The position numbers and the translations under genes were made by a program. DNA of 64,000 nucleotides from Firmicutes bacterium UBA5766. GTDB taxonomy: Bacteria > Bacillota > Desulfotomaculia > Desulfotomaculales > Nap2-2B. The DNA lies in contig DIEU01000033.1 of NCBI GenBank assembly GCA_002418775.1, forward strand, positions 125-64,124, written 5' to 3'. Within the stretch, counting starts at the first letter, position 1, and every line of letters starts with the position of its first letter. Positions 18,425 through 31,720 of this stretch are shown one piece after another. The notes beneath the pieces are model-generated. The model searched no databases and was not told the DNA's origin. It worked only from the letters and a program-made list of their open reading frames with translations.

Positions 18425-19396
18425 TTGTTTAAAAAGGGGCCTAATGAATTGAAAATATTTGACCGTGTGGTTTCCAATGAACTGGAAGAATTAATTAACG
18501 AAGTTGTTTCTTTGGAACCTGATAAGATAATAAATTGGGAACTATCTGATGAATTACCTGAACCATGTATAATAAACTATGAGGGCAATGAGTTTATTCC
18601 AAAAATTATTATGTCAAGGAGTTTGTTTGATGAAAACAGCGAGGGTTTGACCCCGGAAGCTGAAATTGCGCTTGCGCATGAGCTGCTGCATATACTTTTT
18701 GGAAGAAAAATGTATCCAAGAGTATTTTCAATAAAAGCCATAAATAATCCTATAAACCATATTATGGCTGATTTGATCTGTGACTTGGTAGAAAATAATA
18801 TAGTTTTTAAAGAACTTGAAAACAGGCGTTTCAATCTTGGCTTTTATAAAGACAGTTTTAAGAAGTATTTTTACGAATGGAAAATGGAGGATCCTGACGA
18901 CGCAAGACTTCATATAATAAAAGCCTTTAGAGTGGCAACGTTTTGCATATATCTCAAGGACGATGAAACTTATGCCTTCCTCGAAAACAATTTCCCGAAC
19001 ACAGTTCGGACTGCTTTAAGGCTTGCAGATATAATACAGCTGTCAAATCCGCTCTCGCCCGATAACTGCAGAAGATGCATGATTAAAATTATACGGCTGG
19101 TAGACGATTTGACTGCCGCAATACCATCCTTCGCGATAAGATTGGGAATTGATTTGGTACTTTCTGAACGGCAGCTTAGTTCTTTTGCTTCACAATATAT
19201 AAGATGTCAAAAAACACCGGTAGGAATTATTGGTAACCCTGTCGATTTGATCCAATTGGTCTTTATAGACGGGTTCTACTTCATCTTTATGGCGCTTGAA
19301 GACGATACGATTTTAAAAGATCTCAACGAAGAAATCAGAGCGCACAATTTAAAAGATTTTTTGGATGCATTCAATATATCATATGCTTTAAGATAG
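18425..19396 (+). CDS. Hypothetical protein with an HExxH motif (possible metallopeptidase)
   Basis: 323 aa with LAHELLHILFG. No other family signature was recognised. TTG 18449 is an alternative start with a better-spaced GGGG. Confidence 0.6.
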   Translation: MFKKGPNELKIFDRVVSNELEELINEVVSLEPDKIINWELSDELPEPCIINYEGNEFIPKIIMSRSLFDENSEGLTPEAEIALAHELLHILFGRKMYPRVFSIKAINNPINHIMADLICDLVENNIVFKELENRRFNLGFYKDSFKKYFYEWKMEDPDDARLHIIKAFRVATFCIYLKDDETYAFLENNFPNTVRTALRLADIIQLSNPLSPDNCRRCMIKIIRLVDDLTAAIPSFAIRLGIDLVLSERQLSSFASQYIRCQKTPVGIIGNPVDLIQLVFIDGFYFIFMALEDDTILKDLNEEIRAHNLKDFLDAFNISYALR

Positions 19397-19569
19397 CTTA
19401 CAGATATAATTGTCAATGATTGAAAACATCTATTCGAAATAATAATCCCTTTTTTCTTTTTTATCCTCTTGTCTGTTGGACTTTTTAGCTTAGTAGCAAC
19501 ACTGTTCCTTACAGACCTACCTTAATTTTTAATTCCCTTTTGCCGATAGTAAGAATAGAGATTGTATAG

Positions 19570-19825
19570 CGGTTGCGGTATGACTTCCAAAGACATACCG
19601 CTGAGCCTTTATTTCAATGAACAAGAGAACCCGTATTTAAGCGAGGGAAGTGTTTGAGGCGCGTCAGCGCTTAATTTTGGTCAAGTCCGAGGGTGAACGG
19701 ACTTGAGTATCAAGAGTACTGTCCCCTGTATTTTTAAGCGTCGACTGATCCTGTCCTAAGCGAACCGTCGGCAATACCGGCACGTAGCGCCTAAGCGGAC
19801 AGTGACAACGACAGCTTAAGAATGC
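19570..19825. other. Hairpin-rich ORF-free segment, a candidate structured RNA of unknown class and strand
   Basis: Perfect hairpins at 19575-19582/19594-19601, 19657-19662/19667-19672 and 19682-19689/19698-19705. TAAGCG occurs four times (19638, 19735, 19757, 19792) and the complement CGCTTA once (19668). The ORF track lists no ORF here. Confidence 0.3.
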
Positions 19826-19862
19826 AATAAGTCAATTTTTACAATAAGTCAAGCCTGACCCC
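19826..19862. repeat. 37-nt element, copy 1: AATAAGTCAA-N7-AATAAGTCAA-GCCTGACCCC
   Basis: Matches 33835-33871 at 34 of 37 positions, with the last 20 nt identical. It ends 15 nt before the ATG of the J-domain gene. Confidence 0.8.
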
Positions 19863-19877
19863 GGGAAGAGATTTCTT

Positions 19878-20984
19878 ATGGAAGATTTTATTGATTATTA
19901 TAAAATACTGCAGGTAAGCCCTGATACAAGCCGGGAAAATATAAAGAAATCGTACCGGCATCTTACCAAAGTCTATCATCCTGATACAGGGAACAAGGAT
20001 GATCGGATCATGAAGAGGATCAACGAGGCATATGAATATCTTTCTGATTCTGTAAAAAGAAATTATTACGATGAAATTTACAGAGATCACTATTATGAGC
20101 CGGTTGAAGAAGAAGAATTCCAGGACACCGGGTATTCTTCCGGGGTTCAGAATAGTCCTATTGCAAAAGAGTTAACTTTAAAAGACTATCGTGAAAAAAT
20201 TATTTTAGCAGGACTGATCTGCCTCTTTATATTGATCATGGTACTGATTTTAAAATGGACAATAAGCGGAATGAGCATTATTCCGCAAAAAAACAATCCT
20301 GAATCAGCGCCTGATATATCAATGTCTAATGCCGGTATAATTAATTTCAGTTCAGTGAACGAAAGTTTAAAAAGCCTCAGTGAATTGGATGATGCTTCAA
20401 AGAAGGCGGACAGGGAAAAATCATGGACAACAAAAGCCTGTTTCTCTCTCGGTTCAAATGAGGATGAAGTAAAAACAGTTATGGGTGTCCCGCAAAGCAA
20501 GAGCTATAATACATGGTTTTACGGATTGTCTACAGTAGCTTTTGACCGTAATGGTTCGGTAATTGGCTGGAATGAAGTTGATCAGGATATAAAAGCCAGC
20601 ATCGGAGGAAAAGACCCTCTGGCAAAACCTTTTAGCCTTGGTTCACATAAAAATGATGTAATTGCGGCTATGGGTACCCCAACCGGAATAATTTCTGATA
20701 CAACATGGTATTACAGTTTGTCCTCCGTCAGGTTCGACGACGAGGGGACAGTGGCCGGATGGAACGAATCAAACCTGGCTTTAAAAGTCAGCCTCGGCAG
20801 TAAGGAGGAGTCGGCAGAGCAATTCGGAAAAGGCTCAACTATGCAGGATGTCATATCTGCCATGGGAACTCCTACCAGTATAATTTATGATTTATGGTAC
20901 TACGGTTCTTCTTCAGTCAAATTCAACCTTTCCGGCAAGGTTGAAGATTGGAACGAAGTCGATGTGGTTTTGAAAGCTGGGTAA
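19878..20984 (+). CDS. J-domain (DnaJ-like) membrane protein with three C-terminal ~55-aa repeats
   Basis: J-domain [31 protein letters not shown] with the HPD motif, then TM helix [20 protein letters not shown]. The repeats are three copies of G(S).(D)V...MG.P ... W.Y.(S)S.V.F...G.V..WNE. Confidence 0.8.
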   Translation: MEDFIDYYKILQVSPDTSRENIKKSYRHLTKVYHPDTGNKDDRIMKRINEAYEYLSDSVKRNYYDEIYRDHYYEPVEEEEFQDTGYSSGVQNSPIAKELTLKDYREKIILAGLICLFILIMVLILKWTISGMSIIPQKNNPESAPDISMSNAGIINFSSVNESLKSLSELDDASKKADREKSWTTKACFSLGSNEDEVKTVMGVPQSKSYNTWFYGLSTVAFDRNGSVIGWNEVDQDIKASIGGKDPLAKPFSLGSHKNDVIAAMGTPTGIISDTTWYYSLSSVRFDDEGTVAGWNESNLALKVSLGSKEESAEQFGKGSTMQDVISAMGTPTSIIYDLWYYGSSSVKFNLSGKVEDWNEVDVVLKAG

Positions 20985-21007
20985 AGTAGTTTGGATATGT
21001 TCATGTT

Positions 21008-21766
21008 TTAGCCTGGAAACTCTTCTGCCAGCCAACCGAAAAAAGCCTCCCAAACTTTTCTGTAATGCTCGGTATATTCGTGGTTTGCTCCTTCTATAAA
21101 AACTATTTTTTTCGGCCAACCCGCGGAATTATAAATTGTTGTTGCGTTGGTAGGAGGAACAACAAGATCGGCGGTTCCCTGAATAATCAAAAAGGGGCGC
21201 GGCGAGATCATCGGACTTAAAGACGTCACGTCATATTTTTCCACGTCATAGACAAAGCCTTTTTTCAGGCGGATTAAGTCCGGTTCCTGGCCAAGAATCA
21301 CGTATTCACCTTTTATTTCATCTGCAGAGTTTTTGCCCCTGAGAATCAACTTCTGTATTTGCGCAGGAGCGGACCATGTGCAAACACCCTGAACTCTTTT
21401 GTCCCCGGCTGCCTGGCATATTGCTGTAGTGCCTCCAAAACTCCGCCCTTGAGTTACTATACGGGTAAATCCCTGCCCAATACACCAATCAACGGCGCAG
21501 GTTAGATCATCGATCTGTCTGGTAAGGGTCATCTCCTCAAAAACACCTTCGCTGTCTCCAAGCCCTGTAAAGTCGAATAAAAGAATAGACCAACCTTTTT
21601 CATTAAGTATTTTCCCCATTTCTACCGCTTTTCCGCCGCCGCTTTTAGTTCCGGAAAGCCCATGGCAGGTAATGACAACTGATTTGGTATCTATCGGGCT
21701 ATTATAGAATATACCTGACAATTTCAGATTCCTTGAATTAATGAATGTTACTTTTTCCTCGTTCAT
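21008..21766 (-). CDS. Alpha/beta-fold hydrolase
   Basis: Start at Met39 of the tracked ORF (ATG 21766) is preceded by GGAGG. It has the nucleophile elbow GRSFGG and the upstream HG motif CHGLSG. Confidence 0.8.
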   Translation of the reverse strand: MNEEKVTFINSRNLKLSGIFYNSPIDTKSVVITCHGLSGTKSGGGKAVEMGKILNEKGWSILLFDFTGLGDSEGVFEEMTLTRQIDDLTCAVDWCIGQGFTRIVTQGRSFGGTTAICQAAGDKRVQGVCTWSAPAQIQKLILRGKNSADEIKGEYVILGQEPDLIRLKKGFVYDVEKYDVTSLSPMISPRPFLIIQGTADLVVPPTNATTIYNSAGWPKKIVFIEGANHEYTEHYRKVWEAFFGWLAEEFPG

Positions 21767-21861
21767 ATTACAAGGCCTCCTTTTTGTTATATTTCTACAT
21801 GCCTTAATTATTCCCTCTCTATATCGTATTTGTAAATATATCGTCCAAGATATTTCCTTTC

Positions 21862-21890
21862 TTGTCTTTTTATAGCGCATGTGTTATAAT
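21862..21890 (+). promoter_or_regulatory. Sigma-A-type promoter of the rpsF-ssb-rpsR operon
   Basis: TTGTCT (21862-21867), a 17-nt spacer with a TG-extended motif, then TATAAT (21885-21890). Confidence 0.55.
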
Positions 21891-21983
21891 CGATTAGTTT
21901 AGTCATTCCGCCCTGCTCTATCTGGCAAACACAGTTAAAGAGTTAAAAATTTAAATGGATAGGGCCGCTAAGTCCACAGGGAG

Positions 21984-22280
21984 GTGTTAAAAACGGTAAA
22001 CTACGAGTCTCTTTTTATTCTTCGGCCTGATCTTGAGGAAGAAAAGATCGCTGAAATGATGGAAAAGTTCAGGAATCTCATCGAAAGCAACGGTGGGGAA
22101 GTAACCAGGCTTGATAAGTGGGGCAGGCGCCGCCTGGCTTATGAAATCAAGCATTTGCATGAAGGACTTTACATCATACTTCAGTTTAAAGCTGGTCAGG
22201 CTGTCGTAAGGGAACTTGATCGTGTGTTTAAAATCACCGATGAAGTAATTCGCCACATAATTGTACGAGAAGCATCGTAG
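21984..22280 (+). CDS. rpsF: 30S ribosomal protein S6
   Basis: [23 protein letters not shown] ... [13 protein letters not shown]. The GTG start abuts the GGAGG, so the exact start is uncertain. Confidence 0.9.
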   Translation: MLKTVNYESLFILRPDLEEEKIAEMMEKFRNLIESNGGEVTRLDKWGRRRLAYEIKHLHEGLYIILQFKAGQAVVRELDRVFKITDEVIRHIIVREAS

Positions 22281-22329
22281 GTAAAGAGTTATCAGAGTAG
22301 GATACAGAAAGAATTAGGGTGGTTGGGAA

Positions 22330-22737
22330 ATGCTAAATAAGATTATCTTAATTGGAAGGCTAACCAAAGATCCCGAGTTGCGCTATACACCTGGAGGCGT
22401 GGCTGTAGCGCATATGGTTATGGCCGTAGACAGACCGTTCACAAACAAGCAGGGTGAGCGGGAAACAGACTTTATTGATGTGGTAGTATGGCAAAAACAA
22501 GCTGAAAACTGCGCCAATTTCTTGGGAAAAGGACGGTTGGTTGCCGTTGAAGGGCGGCTGCAGATTCGCTCATATGACGACAATCAAGGCATACGTCGCA
22601 GGGCAGCGGAAGTAATTGCGGATAATGTGCGTTTTCTCGACCGTGCAAAAGATAGCCCGTCTTCGGGTAATTCTCAGCTGCAGGAAGGCGCACTGGGCGA
22701 AGAGATATCTTACAACGAAAAAGACATACCGTTCTAA
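22330..22737 (+). CDS. ssb: Single-stranded DNA-binding protein
   Basis: OB-fold N-terminus [23 protein letters not shown] and acidic C-terminal tip DIPF. Confidence 0.95.
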   Translation: MLNKIILIGRLTKDPELRYTPGGVAVAHMVMAVDRPFTNKQGERETDFIDVVVWQKQAENCANFLGKGRLVAVEGRLQIRSYDDNQGIRRRAAEVIADNVRFLDRAKDSPSSGNSQLQEGALGEEISYNEKDIPF

Positions 22738-22766
22738 AAGATATACCTGGAGGTGTAAAAAAAGAA

Positions 22767-23003
22767 TTGGTTGTAAAAAGAGAAAAAGGCCGCAAAGTAA
22801 AAAGGCGTGTCTGCAGCTTTTGCATGGATAAGGTAAATTCTATAGATTATAAGGATGTGCCACGTTTAAAGAAATACATTACCGAACGCGGGAAAATATT
22901 ACCTCGCAGGGTTTCAGGAAATTGTGCCCGGCATCAAAGAATTCTGACAGTTGCCATTAAAAGGGCCAGGGTAATGGCACTGGTGCCATTTACTGCAGAA
23001 TAG
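22767..23003 (+). CDS. rpsR: 30S ribosomal protein S18
   Basis: [46 protein letters not shown]. Confidence 0.95.
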   Translation: MVVKREKGRKVKRRVCSFCMDKVNSIDYKDVPRLKKYITERGKILPRRVSGNCARHQRILTVAIKRARVMALVPFTAE

Positions 23004-23023
23004 CCGTCCAAAGACGATTTATC

Positions 23024-23068
23024 AAGGGAACGTTAGGCGGTAGCAAACGCTTGCTGTTCCCTTTTTTA
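23024..23068 (+). terminator. Rho-independent terminator after rpsR
   Basis: AAGGGAAC (23024-23031) pairs with GTTCCCTT (23056-23063). An inner AGCAA/TTGCT stem is present and a T-run follows. Confidence 0.75.
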
Positions 23069-23168
23069 ATTTATTTGGCATTGCGCCCAATATTATCAGT
23101 GCAGGAAAAAATACAGGGGTGACGAATTTAAACTTTAAAAGAAAATTGTTTTTGAGGGGGGGCAGTTT

Positions 23169-23486
23169 TTGATTCCAATTAACCAGGAGACAGGCATAGC
23201 GAGAAATATAAGGGTTATTGAATGGCTTAAGGCAGATTTGCTTACCTCTTTAGCCGCGCTGTTTAAAGGTATGCTCCAGGATAGTGAAGAATACTTGCTG
23301 GATGCGCTTGCCAGCTTAATCATTACAAGTTATGTTCTTGGACGACGTCTTGGTCTTAGTTTTTCACGTTTGGATTTGACACTGGAATCAAAACTCCAGA
23401 AAAATATTCATGAAAACCACGAGCTTGAAAAATGGTACTCTGATTTATCCCTTCTGCATGCTCACCTGACTGAAAAGAAGAGGTGA
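23169..23486 (+). CDS. Small helical protein, possibly MazG-like
   Basis: 105 aa. TTG start follows the GAGGGGGGG RBS. The family assignment comes from memory of similarly placed genes and is weak. Confidence 0.5.
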   Translation: MIPINQETGIARNIRVIEWLKADLLTSLAALFKGMLQDSEEYLLDALASLIITSYVLGRRLGLSFSRLDLTLESKLQKNIHENHELEKWYSDLSLLHAHLTEKKR

Positions 23487-23490
23487 TTAA

Positions 23491-24474
23491 TTGGTTCACC
23501 GCTTTAAAAACAGGATTTTTATTGAAGGGTTTGTCTGGGGCGCACTGGCTGCAATTCTTGAATTACTTGCCAGAGTTCCTGTATTAACCCTTTTATGTAG
23601 TGTATTTGCGCCTTTACCACTGGCCATAGTTGTTAAACGCCGGGACTTGAAGACAGGCGCAGCGGCTTTCCTGGTGGCCTGCCTGATCTACTACTTTGTT
23701 TCGCATGCGGGTTTGCCTGATCTCATAATGATTCTGCAAATCGGTTTGCTTGGTTTATTGCTGGGCATGCTTTTTAAAAACAATGTATCAACCGGGCAAA
23801 GTATAACTTTTTTTATTTTATCAGCATCGGCTTTAACCTTACTAAGCATCTCGGTTATCTGTTGGACCACGGAAATAAATATGTTTGTTTTAAGTCAGGA
23901 AAGCAGGCAATCTTTGGAGCAGCTTCTAAGGTCATACATCAGCATGGGAGGGGCCGAAGGCTCTTTGACACAAGAAACCGTTCAAAAAGCAAGAGAAACG
24001 GTTAATCTGGCAAGTCAGCTGGTACCAGCCAATATGGTTGTCTGGTCGATGATAACTTCGTTTGTTACTTATCTATTGTCTTTCCATGTATTGAGGAAAC
24101 TTGGAAGCAGTGTTCCGGAATGGCTTCCATTCGTACGTTGGCAATTTCCCTGGTATCTGGTCTGGTTTTTGATTACTGGACTGGCAATGATTTTGTCCGG
24201 GGACTATTTTAACTGGTTGATAGTCGACCTGGTTGGTAAAAACATTTTTTACGTGGCAGTATTTATCTATTTTCTCGGGGGACTTTCCGTCAGCGCTTAT
24301 TTTGCCGTTAAGTGGAAGTTCTCTATTGTAATAAAGTTATTACTTGTTTTCATGGGGTTGTTTTACGCTCCGGTTACCCTTGCTATTCTGATGGTTTTAG
24401 GTGTTTTCGATTCATTTATAAAATTAAAGTATATTGCAGAATCCGGCGGGAACCAACGCGGGGAGGGAACTTAA
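23491..24474 (+). CDS. yybS: YybS-family (DUF2232) polytopic membrane protein
   Basis: 327 aa with multiple TM helices. The position immediately upstream of rplI is conserved. Confidence 0.75.
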   Translation: MVHRFKNRIFIEGFVWGALAAILELLARVPVLTLLCSVFAPLPLAIVVKRRDLKTGAAAFLVACLIYYFVSHAGLPDLIMILQIGLLGLLLGMLFKNNVSTGQSITFFILSASALTLLSISVICWTTEINMFVLSQESRQSLEQLLRSYISMGGAEGSLTQETVQKARETVNLASQLVPANMVVWSMITSFVTYLLSFHVLRKLGSSVPEWLPFVRWQFPWYLVWFLITGLAMILSGDYFNWLIVDLVGKNIFYVAVFIYFLGGLSVSAYFAVKWKFSIVIKLLLVFMGLFYAPVTLAILMVLGVFDSFIKLKYIAESGGNQRGEGT

Positions 24475-24924
24475 ATGAAAGTTGTGTTACTGGAGGATGT
24501 GAAAAACCTTGGCAGGAAAGGCGATTTGGCGCAAGTAGCCGAAGGGCACGCACGCAATTACCTCCTGCCCAGAAAGTTAGCCGTGGAGGCGACTGAAGGG
24601 AAAATAAAACAATTGGCTGAGCTTCAGGAAGCCGCAGCAAGAAAAAAACAGCGAGAAGAAAGCGCCGCAAGGGATTTAGCCGTCAGGCTTGAATCAATAT
24701 TGGTCAAGGTATACAGCAAAGCCGGAGAAGGCGGAAAGTTATTTGGTTCCATAGGAAGCAAGGACGTAGTTGATGCCCTGGTAAAAGATTACGGTATAGA
24801 AATAGACAAGAAAAAGGTTATGCTTAAAGAACCGATAAAGAAATTGGGTTTTTACTCCCTGCCGGTCAAATTATATCCTTCCGTACAGGTTAAACTCAGT
24901 GTTAATGTACTGGCGGACCAATAA
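24475..24924 (+). CDS. rplI: 50S ribosomal protein L9
   Basis: MKVVLLEDVKNLGRKGDLAQVAEGHARNYLLPRKLA. Confidence 0.95.
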   Translation: MKVVLLEDVKNLGRKGDLAQVAEGHARNYLLPRKLAVEATEGKIKQLAELQEAAARKKQREESAARDLAVRLESILVKVYSKAGEGGKLFGSIGSKDVVDALVKDYGIEIDKKKVMLKEPIKKLGFYSLPVKLYPSVQVKLSVNVLADQ

Positions 24925-24945
24925 ATTACGAAAGGCTTAAACGAC

Positions 24946-26862
24946 ATGGAATCACTCCTATCCAAATTTAAAGCGATCAAAAATGGTTCCGGATACAAGT
25001 TTACCGGTGAAGAACAATTAAGACGTCAGGTCGATGCGCTTTACGGTCTGGTAGCAAACCTGTACGGTTCGGATAAACTTGTTCTCCGGGCGGGCAAATT
25101 AAACGCTCTTAAATTAATGCGATCGGATAAGCTTGAAGAAAGGGTGCTTGCCCTGCAAAAGCTTGTTTTCGAGGACCCGACATTTGAAACAATACCTTCT
25201 CTCGAAGATATTCCAGAGATATTGGAGCAAATTGAGGAAGAAGTCGCCGACATACTTGCGAAAAGGACCGTTGAAGGTGAACTGGAGAAAAAAATTAACA
25301 GAAAGCTTCAGCAGCGTCATGATGACTACATGCATGAAATAAAGGTCCAGGTACTTAAGGAAAATACAAATCCGGAAAATGCGCATACTTTAAAAAAGCT
25401 TGCCATTTTAGAGAAAATGGAACAAAAGAAATTAGCCCGTTCAGTTATAGAAAAACTTCGCCCGTCCAGTATAGAAGAAATTGTCGGACAGGAAAGAGCT
25501 TTAAAGTCGCTTCTGGCTAAGATGACCTCACCTTTTCCGCAGCATATAATTCTTTACGGTCCACCTGGTGTCGGTAAAACAACCGCTGCCCGGCTGGCTT
25601 TGAATGTGGCGAGAAATTCAACACTTGGTCCTTTTGAAAAAGATGCGCCTTTTATAGAAATCAGCGGGTCAACTCTTAGGTGGGATCCCAGGGAGGTCAC
25701 AAACCCGCTTCTGGGCTCTGTACACGACCCAATCTACCAGGGCGCAAGGAGGGAACTGGCTGACAGCGGGATACCCGAGCCAAAATTCGGGCTCGTCACG
25801 GACGCCCACGGCGGAGTATTGTTTATTGATGAGATTGGTGAAATGGATTCACTGCTGCAGAATAAGCTTCTTAAAGTCTTAGAAGACAAACGGGTTCACT
25901 TTGAATCATCCTACTATGATCCTCATGATCAAAGCATACCCCGGTATGTACGAAAAGTTTTTGAAGAAGGGGCGCCAGCCGACTTTCTTTTAATCGGGGC
26001 AACAACTCAGGAAACTGACAACATTAATCCTGCCTTACGGTCACGCTGCGCGGAAGTCTTCTTTGAACCGCTGACGCCGGGAGATATTAAAAGTATTGTC
26101 ATTCAAGCCGCAAAGAAACTGGATGTCATGCTGGAGGAAAGTGTTTCCAGCGTAATCAGCCGGTATACGATTGACGGTCGTAAAGCGGTAGGCATATTGG
26201 CTGACGCCTATAGTCTCGCCTGTTACAGGGAAAAGAATAAAAATTCTCAAATTCTGATTACTGAGCAGGATACTTACGAAGTAATTAAATTAGGCCGGCT
26301 TACACCCTATGATCTTCGCCAGTCAAGCAGCAATCTTGAAGTTGGGAAAGTATTTGCGCTGGGCGTATTGGGCTTTTTAGGGTCTCTGTTGGAGATAGAA
26401 GCGGTGGTCTTTCCAAGCCGGAAAGCCGGCCATGGGGCAATTCGCTTTAATGATACCGCAGGTTCCATGACAAAGGACTCTGTATTTAACGCTGCTTCTG
26501 TAATACGCAAAACGACTGAAAAAGACCTTATGGATTACGATGTTCATGTAAATGTAGTTGGCGGCGGGCATATCGACGGCCCTTCTGCGGGAGCGGCGAT
26601 ATTCCTGGCTATTTTTAGCGCCCTGCAGGAAAGGGCGCTGCCTCAGGACATGGCTGTTACGGGGGAACTTTCTATTCAGGGTAAAATTAAACCGGTAGGC
26701 AGTATACCGGAAAAGATATACGGCGCACGGCAGGCAGGTATTAAAAAAATAATTATTCCCAGTGATAACTTGCATGATGTGCCGCCGGATCTTAATGATA
26801 TTGAGATTGTTCCTGTCTCTGCAATTGAAGAAATGATTACTATTTTATCAGTTAAAACGTGA
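24946..26862 (+). CDS. Lon-like ATP-dependent protease (AAA+ module plus Lon S16 proteolytic domain), LonC-type
   Basis: Walker A GPPGVGKT, Walker B LFIDEIGE, and the proteolytic motif DGPSAGAA. The position between rplI and dnaB is conserved. Confidence 0.85.
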   Translation: MESLLSKFKAIKNGSGYKFTGEEQLRRQVDALYGLVANLYGSDKLVLRAGKLNALKLMRSDKLEERVLALQKLVFEDPTFETIPSLEDIPEILEQIEEEVADILAKRTVEGELEKKINRKLQQRHDDYMHEIKVQVLKENTNPENAHTLKKLAILEKMEQKKLARSVIEKLRPSSIEEIVGQERALKSLLAKMTSPFPQHIILYGPPGVGKTTAARLALNVARNSTLGPFEKDAPFIEISGSTLRWDPREVTNPLLGSVHDPIYQGARRELADSGIPEPKFGLVTDAHGGVLFIDEIGEMDSLLQNKLLKVLEDKRVHFESSYYDPHDQSIPRYVRKVFEEGAPADFLLIGATTQETDNINPALRSRCAEVFFEPLTPGDIKSIVIQAAKKLDVMLEESVSSVISRYTIDGRKAVGILADAYSLACYREKNKNSQILITEQDTYEVIKLGRLTPYDLRQSSSNLEVGKVFALGVLGFLGSLLEIEAVVFPSRKAGHGAIRFNDTAGSMTKDSVFNAASVIRKTTEKDLMDYDVHVNVVGGGHIDGPSAGAAIFLAIFSALQERALPQDMAVTGELSIQGKIKPVGSIPEKIYGARQAGIKKIIIPSDNLHDVPPDLNDIEIVPVSAIEEMITILSVKT

Positions 26863-26890
26863 GTAGTTTTAGTTATAAGGAACCGGATCC

Positions 26891-30941
<4,051 letters not shown>

Positions 30942-31062
30942 CTTAACACTTCCCGTATACGTTCTTAAATGGCATCAATATCTTAGCACCGGAAATTGAC
31001 CGGTGTCAAGAAGACAGCCTTTTTATGATGAGGTTATCTTTCTTGTTTTTGACATGCTGAAT

Positions 31063-31704
31063 TTAGCAGTGGAAAGCCGGCGCGCATAATTTAAGGAAAT
31101 TATTGAGAATTTTTGCGGTAATACCCCAAATAAAGAATCTATCGTATTCGAGATAATAGATTGGCAGGGACCAGCGTTTCTGCCAGGTCCTTTTATATGT
31201 GGGAGGTATTTTGATGAAGGGAAAATCGGAACAATGTTGTGTTGCGACATCCGTATAACTTCTTACAGGAGGATTAGATAATAGGAAGGAAAGCGGCACA
31301 GTAAATATTTCATCAACCTCTTCTTTGTTCGGAGCAATTTCAGTTGTCAGCATTTTACCGACAAAGGGGTAGATTAATTTACCCATGGGAGTTGGCAGGA
31401 TATCAAGCGCTCCAAGCAACTTCACGTCTTCCTGATTAATCCCGAGTTCCTCTGATGTTTCCCGGACAGCAGCTTCATGCGGCCTGTCAAGCTCATTGAA
31501 TTCCACACCTCCTCCAGGAAAGCAGACCTCTCCGGGCTGGACATCCAGATCTTGGGCGCGAATTTCAAAAAGAATGTGAATCTCGTTCTTTATTTCTATA
31601 AGGGGGAGCAGTACTGCCGATATATAGTAATCTTCTTTGTCTAAAATACTAGTGCATCTGTTTGCAAGCAGACGCACTATTTTTTTTTCCAACAAATAAC
31701 TCAC
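31063..31704 (-). CDS. NUDIX hydrolase (CoA-pyrophosphatase-like)
   Basis: Nudix box GGGVEFNELDRPHEAAVRETSEELGI. GTG start. Confidence 0.8.
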   Translation of the reverse strand: MSYLLEKKIVRLLANRCTSILDKEDYYISAVLLPLIEIKNEIHILFEIRAQDLDVQPGEVCFPGGGVEFNELDRPHEAAVRETSEELGINQEDVKLLGALDILPTPMGKLIYPFVGKMLTTEIAPNKEEVDEIFTVPLSFLLSNPPVRSYTDVATQHCSDFPFIKIPPTYKRTWQKRWSLPIYYLEYDRFFIWGITAKILNNFLKLCAPAFHC

Positions 31705-31720
31705 CTTTTCTCATTATAAT

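Noticed and set aside
19560-19830. SRP RNA, RNase P RNA, 6S RNA or tmRNA identity for the structured segment
   Set aside because: The diagnostic motifs are absent: the SRP domain IV GGAA/AGCA loops, the RNase P GAGGAAAGTCCGGGC, and the tmRNA 5' GGGG.. acceptor with tag ORF. Resemblance to Bacillus scRNA is limited to short TAAGCG-like strings.
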